From: a virus
Strand: one strand, 5' to 3'
Virus record (IMG/VR): IMGVR_UViG_3300020045_004291
Coordinates: 28,472 to 92,471 of that record
DNA length: 64,000 nucleotides
Each line of letters opens with the position of its first letter. The first letter of the stretch is position 1. The notes under the pieces are model-generated. The model was not told the DNA's origin. It did not search any database and worked only from the letters and a program-made list of their open reading frames with translations. Shown piece by piece: positions 8,524 through 17,971 of this stretch. A program made the translations under genes and the position numbers.

Positions 8524-10993
8524 CCCGTGGCACATAGGCCCCTAAACGGATTCCTTGCGCCAGTTGCTTAGAACGATCAAGGCGCAACTGAGCCGCAGCC
8601 AGTGAGGCGTTATAATCCCCCATGGCAAGATCAGCATATGCCGATATAACGTCCTCGGCATCCGTTCCAAGAATTGCCTTGTTTGCCCTGCGCAGGGCCG
8701 CCTCTTCCCACCTGGCAACCCGTTGCGGGCCGATAATGGCCTTAAGTAGCCCAGCCTTATCAGTTGGCAATTCTGTGAGCGTTCCCAGATCGGCATTAAT
8801 GCTGTTTGCACCCTCCAAAAGTCGAGAGGTCTTGGAATTGGTGTTGGGCATTAACGACATGGCCGACACACGAGCGCGTTCAACGTCTGCAATCTGCGTC
8901 AGAAAGGATTGCACCTGATCAGCGCGGCCAGCCCGTTGCCCAAGCATGAGCAAGCGTTGTTGTGCATTGCGCGTCAGGTATTTACCTAGATTGACATTGC
9001 CCTCAAGCGCGCCAGATATACGCCCGCCTGTTGCTGTGGCCAGATCGTCGCCAATCATTGCAAGAGCGCCGTTCAGTTCAGGAGCGCTCAGTGATTCAGC
9101 CCACTGGGCAAAGTCTGAATTGCTACCCTGACCAAAAACCTTTTGACGTGCAGCACGAGCCGCAGCCTCAAGGCGTGGGGCCTCCCCGCCGATTTCACGT
9201 GCACCGGCATAATTACGCATTTCACCCGTTACGGGATCGGTGACCTCAAGGCCCTTGTTGATTTCGTCCATTTGACGCACCAGTTCGCGGCGCGTCGTAT
9301 CGACGGCAATCAGGTCGTTCTTGTTAGCATTAGGGCTTTCAATAATGCGGCGCTCAATGTCATCAAGATTGCGCTTGGCGGCATCCAGTAATTGCAGCGT
9401 GGGTGCTTGAACCGTCTTTGTGCCGCCAATAGTGCCAGGATATACCCCGCCCGTTTCAGCCAGTTGTGACAATGACGCTAGTTCAGCGTCATCAGCCGCG
9501 AGAGCCGCTGCAATCTGTTGAGGCGTGGCGCGGTCTGGAATGTTTAGAGTACCAAGACGTTGCTCCAATTGGCTCAGATACTCAGCACGGTCAGCGCCGC
9601 CACTTGCCGCAGCCATGGAGCGAATTGGTCGACCCGACAGGCCGGAATTGATAGCGTCAAGCAATTCGCGCTCTGTGGGAATATCGCGGAAGTAACCCGC
9701 CTCTTGCGCTTGGCGGGCGACATCATCAAGGCTTTGACCAGTGGCGCGTGTAAGCTTGCCCATGCCACGCCCCCGGTTCAACGTCACGTCACCGGCACCC
9801 ATAGAGCGCAGGTCGCCGCCACGGTCTATAATCCCGCCACGCGCCGCCACAAATTCATTCAGGGTAGGGCCATCGGACCGCGCAGCCTTTTTGACGCCAC
9901 CACCAAGTAACTCACGCACATCAGCCAGATATGCCCCTGCATCGCGTGGCGCACCAGCCGTGAGGCCTTCGGGAAGATCAGGAACGTCAACGCTTGCAAA
10001 AGGCTTAACGCCTTGCCCCTGCATTTGACGCACACCCTCTTTTAAGGCATCGCGAGCAAATGGGTTTGCGGTTAGCAACTCATCTAAGACCGGCGAGGAT
10101 TGCGGGCCAGCTTGTGCAAACAGATCATTGTAAACCGGATTGGCACGGGCGCGCATCTGCTCAGCAGTTTCACGCACACCGCCCGCCGCCATAGCCGGAT
10201 CAATGCGCATTGTGTTCTGATATGCACCCATTGCTGCCGTAGGAGATTGAGCAACCCGCGATTCCAGTTCGTTGCGCAGAATTTGCGCTACTTCTGGATT
10301 AAGGTTTGCCGCAGCCTCAAGGCGATTGCGCGCCCCTTGACCCATGACTTCAGCGGCCATTTGTGGCTGTGACGATTTGCGAGGCGGGCCGGACTTCTTG
10401 GCCGATTTCAGCGCCGCCGCGTTATCTTTCATGAACAGTTCAGCCGCTTTGCGCTCTGCAATCTGGGCCGGTGTAAGTTTGACAACAGCCGCCTTTGCGA
10501 CCTTCGGGGGCGCAGACACGGGGAATTTAAGCCCCTTGGCTGGCATTGCGCCAGACAGAGCCATTCCTAAATCTTGCTCGATCATCTGGGCTTGCTCTTC
10601 GGGGGACGCATCGACGTATTGTGCGCCGTATCCCATAAAGCCACCACCTACCTTTTTCTTTGGTGGCCCCATACCTGCGTTCGCGATACCCTCAGACACG
10701 GGACGCAATAGCGCATGCTGCACACCAGCGATAGGTGACAACAGGACGTTTAACGCATCACCGCCCTGTTGCAAGGAATCCGTAAAGCCCTCAGCAATTC
10801 CTTGAATAGGGTTTGCAGGAAGTGGCGCGTTCATGCGCTTATTCAGGTTTTCGCCATATTGCTTTATGGCACCGCCAATGGTTCCACCAATGTCAGTTAT
10901 ATACGACTTTTCAGCCGCAGCCTTTACAGGTTTAGCGGATGATGGGTTAAACCCATTCTTCAAAGGCTTTGCACTTGACGGGTCAAACGCCAT
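8417..10993 (-). CDS. Large DNA ejection / internal virion protein
   Basis: 858 aa, Ala/Gly/Gln-rich, last of the ejection cluster; N-terminal FDPSSAKP repeat. Confidence 0.7.
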   Translation of the reverse strand: MAFDPSSAKPLKNGFNPSSAKPVKAAAEKSYITDIGGTIGGAIKQYGENLNKRMNAPLPANPIQGIAEGFTDSLQQGGDALNVLLSPIAGVQHALLRPVSEGIANAGMGPPKKKVGGGFMGYGAQYVDASPEEQAQMIEQDLGMALSGAMPAKGLKFPVSAPPKVAKAAVVKLTPAQIAERKAAELFMKDNAAALKSAKKSGPPRKSSQPQMAAEVMGQGARNRLEAAANLNPEVAQILRNELESRVAQSPTAAMGAYQNTMRIDPAMAAGGVRETAEQMRARANPVYNDLFAQAGPQSSPVLDELLTANPFARDALKEGVRQMQGQGVKPFASVDVPDLPEGLTAGAPRDAGAYLADVRELLGGGVKKAARSDGPTLNEFVAARGGIIDRGGDLRSMGAGDVTLNRGRGMGKLTRATGQSLDDVARQAQEAGYFRDIPTERELLDAINSGLSGRPIRSMAAASGGADRAEYLSQLEQRLGTLNIPDRATPQQIAAALAADDAELASLSQLAETGGVYPGTIGGTKTVQAPTLQLLDAAKRNLDDIERRIIESPNANKNDLIAVDTTRRELVRQMDEINKGLEVTDPVTGEMRNYAGAREIGGEAPRLEAAARAARQKVFGQGSNSDFAQWAESLSAPELNGALAMIGDDLATATGGRISGALEGNVNLGKYLTRNAQQRLLMLGQRAGRADQVQSFLTQIADVERARVSAMSLMPNTNSKTSRLLEGANSINADLGTLTELPTDKAGLLKAIIGPQRVARWEEAALRRANKAILGTDAEDVISAYADLAMGDYNASLAAAQLRLDRSKQLAQGIRLGAYVPRVTPAAYPMISLPQAQQSLSLPAYATGAIAEEGQPQ

Positions 10994-11715
10994 TATTCAC
11001 GCCACTTTCCATCACCAAGATATGTTGCTTGGTTGCCGTTCGCATCAGTGTAGGTCTGGCCTTTGACAAACTTGTCACCAGACGCCTTGCGCGGTGGAGA
11101 CTTGCCACCGGTTGAGGTGTAATTACGTTGACGCGCCGGGACATAACCCGCCGCCTTTTCCTTTGCGCGCTTTGGCATCCAATAAGAATCAAAAGCCGTT
11201 TCAGCACCGATCAGAGAACCCTTTTCAGCGGCGTATTGATCAAGGAAGGCCTTGCGGGCTTGCGCTTCACGGGCCTTTTCCTGAATATTCCGAGACGCAG
11301 CCGCGTTTGCGTTTCCGTACTTTTCAATAGACGGAAGCGCAAGCTTCATGCCCTTATATTCAATATCAGACGTAGCGCCCGAACCTGGGGCGCGTTGCTG
11401 TGGAGCCAATTCGTTATTAATGGCTTCCATCTGCTGCAAATTTTCGCCCTTAAAAAGATTTACGGGGTTAAAGCCCCATAGACCGTTACCATAAACCGGC
11501 CCCGTTGGCGCTTTTGCGTTGAGCTTTTCAAACTCTTTCAGGCGCGTTGCTGTATATGGCAGTGTGTTAGATGCCACGCCCGCCTCAGCAAGTGTTGCCT
11601 GATCAGCCGCCGTCAGTTTTGGCGCACCGGTTGTTTTTGTCGCCGGAACCCACTGGCCACCCTTGACGACATACTTACCGCTTGGAGATACCGCCCCTTC
11701 TTCATATTTTGCCAT
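10993..11715 (-). CDS. Ejection / internal virion protein
   Basis: Synteny, composition, coupled stop/start. Confidence 0.6.
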   Translation of the reverse strand: MAKYEEGAVSPSGKYVVKGGQWVPATKTTGAPKLTAADQATLAEAGVASNTLPYTATRLKEFEKLNAKAPTGPVYGNGLWGFNPVNLFKGENLQQMEAINNELAPQQRAPGSGATSDIEYKGMKLALPSIEKYGNANAAASRNIQEKAREAQARKAFLDQYAAEKGSLIGAETAFDSYWMPKRAKEKAAGYVPARQRNYTSTGGKSPPRKASGDKFVKGQTYTDANGNQATYLGDGKWRE

Positions 11716-11721
11716 TGTGCG

Positions 11722-12315
11722 TTACTCCGGTGGTTCTGCGTTGGTGCCGCCGCCAGAAGATCCACCACGCTTGGGTGGATTCATCCCCTTGGTGACAATA
11801 GCGGGCGGTGTCCAGTTTTTCAGCTCAACAACCTTGCCGTCTTCGCCAACCTGATAAAGGCCATAAGGCCCTTGAAAGATGCGTGGTGTAGCAGCTTGTT
11901 GTGGAGCGGTATAAGCGGGGGACACTTCACCGCCTTGAATCTTAAGCAGGGTATCGCCAACCTTTTCAAATTGTGGACGCTCAGGAGCAGGGTTTTGCGC
12001 TTGGTGTAGTTTCAGATATGGAGTGATGTCAACACCAGCCTGTGCAGCCCGCGCCAAAGCCCCGTAAATGTCTGGCTGCGCATCTAAGCTATTGCTTGTT
12101 GGTGTCCGAGGCGCAAACCCCATTTCCTGATTTATGCCGCCGATAGCCGCTTGTTGCGCCTCATCCTGTGCACGTTGCTTAAAACCAGCCTCAACACCAG
12201 CCAGACGATTAGACGATTGCCCTTGCAGGGCAGAACCAGCATCATAAAGCCCGCCGCCAATAAGCGACAGGCGATCCCCCCAATTCTTAGGCGCATTATC
12301 TCCAAACAGCGGCAT
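11722..12315 (-). CDS. Ejection / internal virion protein
   Basis: Synteny; start taken at MPLFGD, coupled to the upstream stop. Confidence 0.6.
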   Translation of the reverse strand: MPLFGDNAPKNWGDRLSLIGGGLYDAGSALQGQSSNRLAGVEAGFKQRAQDEAQQAAIGGINQEMGFAPRTPTSNSLDAQPDIYGALARAAQAGVDITPYLKLHQAQNPAPERPQFEKVGDTLLKIQGGEVSPAYTAPQQAATPRIFQGPYGLYQVGEDGKVVELKNWTPPAIVTKGMNPPKRGGSSGGGTNAEPPE

Positions 12316-13016
12316 TAGACAATCCCCCGATAATCGACGGTGTAGAACCCGCACGGCTGCATAGTGGCAATATCAAGATTTTCCTGCGCCATAACGCCTT
12401 CACGCACGATATCATCCCAAAGATACTTGAACTCATACCACTTGCGGCCCTTGCGCTCACCCAATGGCTTAATGTCGCGTTTCAGGCGTTCATCCGAGAA
12501 CATGGCAGCAATCTGGGCACCAGTCTGCAATAGCTTTGCACCCGTTTCCATCTCGCTAGGCGTAGACGAACCCTTGGTTGTGGTAGACGTGCCTTGTGCC
12601 AGTTGGCCAAGCAATTGCTGGATTGCCAGCGGGTATTGATTAGACGCCGTATTCTCAGCCTGGGCAGTTTGCAGGGCTTGTGCGTAATTAGAGGAGTTCA
12701 GGCCCGCAAGCGTGGTGGCTGCGTTCTGATCGTACTGGCCTTGCGTCAAAGCGCGCTCGACACTGGCACCCGTCCCCCCGAATGCACCGGCCTTGATAGC
12801 CTGATCATTGTTTTGATTTAGCGCCATTTGACGCGACGTATCGAGATTTTTCAGCGTAGCGTCTGTCACCGCAGACTGATACGGGTCCATGTAGTTGTTA
12901 ATCTGCGATCCAGACAAAGCGCTGTAAGCGGTCGGCAAAGACGATTTGGCGTCATTATATTGATTGAGCGCCGTCTGATTTGTGGTGGTAGATGCGGTCT
13001 TTGATTTGCTCGACAT
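12315..13016 (-). CDS. Pilot/ejection protein with C-terminal peptidase S74-like autoprocessing chaperone domain
   Basis: YMDPYQ..GAFGG motif; FSDERLKRDIK..GVMAQE..VDY. Confidence 0.75.
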   Translation of the reverse strand: MSSKSKTASTTTNQTALNQYNDAKSSLPTAYSALSGSQINNYMDPYQSAVTDATLKNLDTSRQMALNQNNDQAIKAGAFGGTGASVERALTQGQYDQNAATTLAGLNSSNYAQALQTAQAENTASNQYPLAIQQLLGQLAQGTSTTTKGSSTPSEMETGAKLLQTGAQIAAMFSDERLKRDIKPLGERKGRKWYEFKYLWDDIVREGVMAQENLDIATMQPCGFYTVDYRGIV

Positions 13017-13369
13017 TAAACAGCCCTAAACATGCGATCCCCGTCAGGGATGAAACCGAATTTCGACATAACGCGCCACCAGCCCTTACGGCCTGACAAC
13101 TCGATTCCGACACATCCGGCGACCTTCGCGAAGATCAGCGCGCTATCCAGAAGGTCAATCAGGTCAGCCAACGACCCGGACGCTTGCAGGATATGGAGCG
13201 TGTTTTCTGCGGTCACCTCAGTAACCGCACAAGACATCCCTTTGTGCCATAATTGAGCCTGTTCCGCAAGCAATGCCTTGCGTATCTCTTCTTTTTGTGC
13301 CTCAGACGCGAATTTCATGTGGCGTTCAGCGAATTGCCAGTACGTCAGACGCTCAGGCTGGGCAGACAT
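13016..13369 (-). CDS. GNAT-like virion assembly protein
   Basis: AGCVGIELSGRKGWWRVM motif; position before the ejection genes. Confidence 0.6.
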   Translation of the reverse strand: MSAQPERLTYWQFAERHMKFASEAQKEEIRKALLAEQAQLWHKGMSCAVTEVTAENTLHILQASGSLADLIDLLDSALIFAKVAGCVGIELSGRKGWWRVMSKFGFIPDGDRMFRAV

Positions 13370-13578
13370 TACGGATAAGCCGTTGCCGATACCACACCGG
13401 CATTACTTACAGCCAAAGCCCATTCCGTGCCGTCTGGGGATAGCAAAACAATGCGTTCACGAACTAACAGGATATCTTTTCCCTGCTTGAAGTTCTTGTT
13501 ATCCTCTTGCGTCAGGACGCGCCGCGCCTGTTGCTCGTTTGCCTGATCATACGTAGCCGTAGCATTGGGGAGATTCAT
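13369..13578 (-). CDS. Small tail (needle-like) protein
   Basis: Position after the nozzle gene; LLSPDGTEWALAVSNAG. Confidence 0.5.
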   Translation of the reverse strand: MNLPNATATYDQANEQQARRVLTQEDNKNFKQGKDILLVRERIVLLSPDGTEWALAVSNAGVVSATAYP

Positions 13579-15053
13579 CTTTTTCCGCGCTCAACAATTG
13601 CAAAACGAAACGACCCCACGCGGAAGTCAACATTATCCGCCGCTGTAAGCCTTGCAGAGACCTGCCTTGCACTTAGGCGGCAATCTGTGTTCTGCGTCAA
13701 CGGATAAGGCCCCACGGTTGTCTCAGCCCCCATAGGATAGATGCGCGTGAAGAAGGTCACCTCAACGTCACCCAGGGCTTTTTCATCCGGCACGATCTTT
13801 GAGACCATAAGTGTCTGATCCCCCGTGCCTATCTCAGACGGGCCGGATTCAGCATATGGCAATAACCCGCCGTGATTCATGCCGCGTTCATGATCCCACA
13901 CAAGCCCGCTTGCGTCGATCATCATAGGAAAATCAAACGCCCCCTGATCGCAACCACAGAGGCGGGACATTTGACCGATTGCCCAGTGGCCTTCTTTGTA
14001 ATTATAAACCACGTAACGATCATTTTCATTAGACGACGCCGATGGATAATCCCACCTGATTTCGTTAAACAATGAATTGTGCGTTGCTGTGATCTTGGAC
14101 GATTGATTTATATTAAGGTCTGAAAAGATATAATCATGCACGTCACAGGATACCGGCTGCACAAGGCCGTTGAACTGGAAAAACCCATTTTGCCCCATCC
14201 AGATTGCCTGTGAATCCACCGTAGCAATAGCACCCTGTGCAATCACGCCGCAGTCAGAGCCGACTTTTTCATACGTGTAAACATATGGCTGGCCATAAAA
14301 TGTAGCAAGCCAAGCATCCACATCCGTCATTAACAGTGTCCCACCATTAACGCGGCGACCGCACATCAGCTGCCCTACGGTCTGCAATGGGAATTGGCGC
14401 GCATAGTTTGTGGTGGTCTCAGTCCAGTCTGTATTGTCCTGCAATCCAGAATTACGCACAAGACGCGGATCACCATCAGCCCCCAAAGCCATCATGATAC
14501 GTTCAGCCGTCACAACGACAGCCCGTGCTGTTGGTGCGCCCGTAATCGCCGAAGCATCTAACGCGACATTGGGCACCCACTCATAGATGTTTCCATCCTC
14601 TATGGTGCAGCCCACAAGGTTCTCACCCCATATATCAAGGCTCCACACCGTAGCGGGGCTATAGACAGCCTCATCAGGTACACCAAAGCCATAGAAGCCC
14701 GAACCATACACACCGGAGCCATAAGCGCCCGATGCCGTGGCAGACGGACGCCCGACCGTGTATCCGGATGGTGTAATATCGTAGATATAGCCGCCGCTTG
14801 TCATGGCGTACAAGTGCGAGTGCGTACCGATGCCAGCCCAAGACTTGTTATCATTGTCACGCCATGTAACCAGAGCGCGGGTAGATCCCTCCACCAGCGT
14901 CGTTCCGCGTGAACGCTGCACCCATCCACCGACAGGGCGTTGCTCACCAGAGAACCAGCGCCACAATTGCGAATCGTAGAACCGCCCCCGGCTCTTGTAT
15001 TCAGTGCCGGTGCGAAAAACGCCTGGGGGAATGTCAAGTGTGATGTACTGCAT
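13575..15053 (-). CDS. Tail nozzle / packaged DNA stabilization protein
   Basis: 492 aa, beta-rich, podovirus synteny. Confidence 0.7.
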   Translation of the reverse strand: MQYITLDIPPGVFRTGTEYKSRGRFYDSQLWRWFSGEQRPVGGWVQRSRGTTLVEGSTRALVTWRDNDNKSWAGIGTHSHLYAMTSGGYIYDITPSGYTVGRPSATASGAYGSGVYGSGFYGFGVPDEAVYSPATVWSLDIWGENLVGCTIEDGNIYEWVPNVALDASAITGAPTARAVVVTAERIMMALGADGDPRLVRNSGLQDNTDWTETTTNYARQFPLQTVGQLMCGRRVNGGTLLMTDVDAWLATFYGQPYVYTYEKVGSDCGVIAQGAIATVDSQAIWMGQNGFFQFNGLVQPVSCDVHDYIFSDLNINQSSKITATHNSLFNEIRWDYPSASSNENDRYVVYNYKEGHWAIGQMSRLCGCDQGAFDFPMMIDASGLVWDHERGMNHGGLLPYAESGPSEIGTGDQTLMVSKIVPDEKALGDVEVTFFTRIYPMGAETTVGPYPLTQNTDCRLSARQVSARLTAADNVDFRVGSFRFAIVERGKR

Positions 15054-15748
15054 TACAGTTTGATGATGCCCATAAGCGAGAAGTTACGCGGGCGGTTTTC
15101 TGAGCTATTTTCAGTGCCACCGGAGGAAGATGTGGCCTTTGTTGAGCCATTGACGCCAGCGGCATTTGTCATGAAGCCAGCCGTTGAGCCGCCAAATGTG
15201 CCGCCCGTTGCCCCGCCCTCTTGATTGTGCGTATGTGCGGGGTATTGGTCGGCCTGATTTGTGCCCGTGGTGCGTGATATACCACCGGGAGCATCAACCA
15301 TGCGGCCCAAGTCAGCAAAGCGGGGAAACTCTGCCCGCAACTCAGGAACCGCAAGCGCCTTGTTAGCCGCATAGTCAGCCGCAGCATTTGCGCCCCGCGT
15401 TGAGGCAATCCCGCCAGATGTGTAAATAGGAAGGGACGTATTGGGGTAATTGTTCCACAGGTACGTAAACAGCGCCGCCGTGTCCGCATTAGCTCTGTTT
15501 GTGCCGTTAGATGACGCATTACCAATGGTCAGGCCGTTAGCCAAAATGTACCCCGTGGGGACACCAGCCGCCAATGGGTTAAGGCACATCTGCACAAAGC
15601 CGGTCTGTGAGGCCGCATTAGCCACCACAGACACCGCCTTAAGGTCAGTGTCCATCTGGTTAAACATCACCGTGTTGATAGCGCCCCACACGTCCTGATC
15701 AGCGCCATCGTCAGGGTATTCCCAATTATAATTTGCAGTCGTACCCAT
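15053..15748 (-). CDS. Short tail fibre with collar domain
   Basis: PTGYILANG..VPELRAEFPR..PAHTH..ENRPRN collar/tip motifs. Confidence 0.75.
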   Translation of the reverse strand: MGTTANYNWEYPDDGADQDVWGAINTVMFNQMDTDLKAVSVVANAASQTGFVQMCLNPLAAGVPTGYILANGLTIGNASSNGTNRANADTAALFTYLWNNYPNTSLPIYTSGGIASTRGANAAADYAANKALAVPELRAEFPRFADLGRMVDAPGGISRTTGTNQADQYPAHTHNQEGGATGGTFGGSTAGFMTNAAGVNGSTKATSSSGGTENSSENRPRNFSLMGIIKL

Positions 15749-16362
15749 TATTCACCACCACATGACTTGATTTGCAAAGGCCCGCCAAACGAGTTAGCCA
15801 AGCCCTCTTTATTGATTTCCGCTATCGTCTCATCAAAGCGAGATTTCCACATAGCGCCGCGATCATCTTCCACCATGAAGGCCGAAGCCTCCACCAATGC
15901 GCCAAACAGATAGGCATCTGGGTGATTTTCTAACAGCCAGTTAGGCCCCAGATTGAGCGCGTCGATCTTTTGACGATACCGCAGCCGCAATTGCAGCCCC
16001 TCAGCAGAAGGGCCGGGATAGATATAAATCTGGCCATCAGACACCGTGAAATAGCTAGGCGTCCCACCGTAGCCGCCCGCTTGCATGTCGAAGAAATCAC
16101 GGTTAGGCATGAAGCGCAGCGCGCCACCTTGGGGGGTATCATACACGAGCGACACAACACCCATGAAGTCATCCGGCAATGTGCGGTTTGCATCCGTGAA
16201 CGTGATATTTGTGCTGGCCACCAGATTAGCGTTGTCGGCTAACAGGCGATTCATGCGCGATTCTGCCAGCGTGATAAAGTCAGGGATATTTGCTGTGAGG
16301 TCAGCACGGTTCATCCATGACGCCACAGCCGCTTGAATACCTGAATAGCTGCTAAGGCTCAT
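15748..16362 (-). CDS. Head-tail adaptor
   Basis: IPDFITLAESRMNR..NWLLENHPDAYLFGAL motif; start at MSLSSY. Confidence 0.75.
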   Translation of the reverse strand: MSLSSYSGIQAAVASWMNRADLTANIPDFITLAESRMNRLLADNANLVASTNITFTDANRTLPDDFMGVVSLVYDTPQGGALRFMPNRDFFDMQAGGYGGTPSYFTVSDGQIYIYPGPSAEGLQLRLRYRQKIDALNLGPNWLLENHPDAYLFGALVEASAFMVEDDRGAMWKSRFDETIAEINKEGLANSFGGPLQIKSCGGE

Positions 16363-16736
16363 CGAATGTTCCCGTCCTGTGTAAAGCCCAGATTGCCGCC
16401 ACCTGTACGCAGGAAGGCCCAATCAGGATCGTTCAATTTCTTGCGCAGCCTGTCCGCATGTTCTGGATTTTGGATGTCCAGACCATCCTCTGCCAGCCAC
16501 TTCATCTGAACCGCCGCAGGGATAGACGCAACCCGCACCATGGTGCCGTCAGCGTTGCGCCCTGTGGTGTGATTACGGGCCTGCGCGTTGTGGTCAAGAA
16601 TAGCGCTCACATTATCCATAGGCGTTGATTTCTTGCACACCCATTGCTTTAGGTCTTCGTCAAACTTGACCCAGCGCCGCGTACCGTCTGGTAGCGGAGG
16701 AAATTCAACCCACCCGTAATCTTCTGGCCTATTCAT
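16359..16736 (-). CDS. Conserved phage head-region protein
   Basis: VASIP..KKLNDPDW motif; follows the capsid gene. Confidence 0.6.
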   Translation of the reverse strand: MNRPEDYGWVEFPPLPDGTRRWVKFDEDLKQWVCKKSTPMDNVSAILDHNAQARNHTTGRNADGTMVRVASIPAAVQMKWLAEDGLDIQNPEHADRLRKKLNDPDWAFLRTGGGNLGFTQDGNIR

Positions 16737-16966
16737 TACCGAGCGGCCTTGACCTTTTGGATATCGACGTAATAGCGCTTTTTCAGTTCAAGCGCGATAG
16801 GCTCATCGATTGTAAATTCTTCACCCTCGGCAAAGTATTGCTCGCCAGACTTGGGGTCATGAAGCCCCGTGCTGATCTTGCCGTGCCCCTCTTCGCGCAC
16901 TGTGACCTTGACCTGTTTTACAGGCTCAGTAACACCGGCTTCGAGTTCGTGTTTAAAAACTGGCAT
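16736..16966 (-). CDS. Hypothetical head-region protein
   Basis: Coupled ORF with RBS after the capsid terminator. Confidence 0.6.
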   Translation of the reverse strand: MPVFKHELEAGVTEPVKQVKVTVREEGHGKISTGLHDPKSGEQYFAEGEEFTIDEPIALELKKRYYVDIQKVKAAR

Positions 16967-16980
16967 AAGTTATCCCTTGG

Positions 16981-17008
16981 AAAAAGGGGGCCAGCCGAAG
17001 CCAGCCCC
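16981..17008 (-). terminator. Intrinsic terminator after capsid gene A
   Basis: GGGGCTGGC-TTCG-GCTGGCCCC-CTTTTT on the minus strand. Confidence 0.85.
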
Positions 17009-17016
17009 GCAGGTTA

Positions 17017-17970
17017 TTAAGAAAGGTCGTTGATCGACGCAGACCCTTTTTCGTTGCGGGCAATCAGCGTTGCTTCGCAAAGCAGTTGCTTCTTGTCAGC
17101 GTCGCCGGTCTTGGCCAGAATCTCAGTCTTGAGCGGACGGAGATAAGCCAGTTCCCAATATGCCGGATCAATGATCAGCACATCGCGGGTCAGACCAAAC
17201 TGAACAGGAACGGTCGTGATTTGGCCAAAGTCGCCGATGTAAACATCAGCAGCACCGACGATCACAGCTTGGTTCATGCCCGACACATCACGGCGAATAT
17301 CGGCGATACCGGTAAACGACGAGAAAGTTTGCTTGTGCGTGGCCGACATCAAAGCCAGTTTTGGGCCGGAAGCGCCAGCGGTAAACGCAGAGGCCAGAAC
17401 GGTCTTCAACAGGTCTTCAGTGAACGGGCGTTGCGCCCCGTTGGTCGCGGCACCTTGGCCACCGGAGTACGTACCAGACGAACCACCGACGCCGCGAGAG
17501 ACGTTTGAGGTCATCCAGGCCAGTGCACCGGCCATCTGGGCAGCCGTTGCAGCGTCACCAGTGATTGCGGCGTAGTTGCCAAGCAATGACATTTCCATAT
17601 CGTTCAGCAGTTCTTCGCCCTTGAGCAAGACCTGATACGACATTTCATTCGGACGGCCAGCCGAATCAACAGCTTGCTGTGTGCCCGCGACAGTTGCCGA
17701 TTCCTTGAAAATCTGGGTGCGGTTACCCAGACGGGTCGTCAGCTTTGGCGCGGTAGCGGCAGTGTCGTCACCCTGAACGTTCTTGTTCGTACCAACCGGG
17801 GTACGGAGCGCTTGGGTTTGCCATTCAGAGAATGTGGCCTTCGCGGTGCCCTTTTTGATATTTTGCTGGAAAGGACGCAGCGTCTGGGCAATCTTGTAGA
17901 TCACGTCAGAGAGGTCTTCGCGGTTACCTACGGCTTCGTGGGTGTCCATGGTATTTGCAGGTACAGCCAT
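17017..17970 (-). CDS. Major capsid protein (DUF5309/SU10-like family)
   Basis: GNREDLSDVIY..EWQT..GNRTQIF..LAKTGD motifs; follows the scaffold. Confidence 0.85.
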   Translation of the reverse strand: MAVPANTMDTHEAVGNREDLSDVIYKIAQTLRPFQQNIKKGTAKATFSEWQTQALRTPVGTNKNVQGDDTAATAPKLTTRLGNRTQIFKESATVAGTQQAVDSAGRPNEMSYQVLLKGEELLNDMEMSLLGNYAAITGDAATAAQMAGALAWMTSNVSRGVGGSSGTYSGGQGAATNGAQRPFTEDLLKTVLASAFTAGASGPKLALMSATHKQTFSSFTGIADIRRDVSGMNQAVIVGAADVYIGDFGQITTVPVQFGLTRDVLIIDPAYWELAYLRPLKTEILAKTGDADKKQLLCEATLIARNEKGSASINDLS

Positions 17971-17971
17971 T

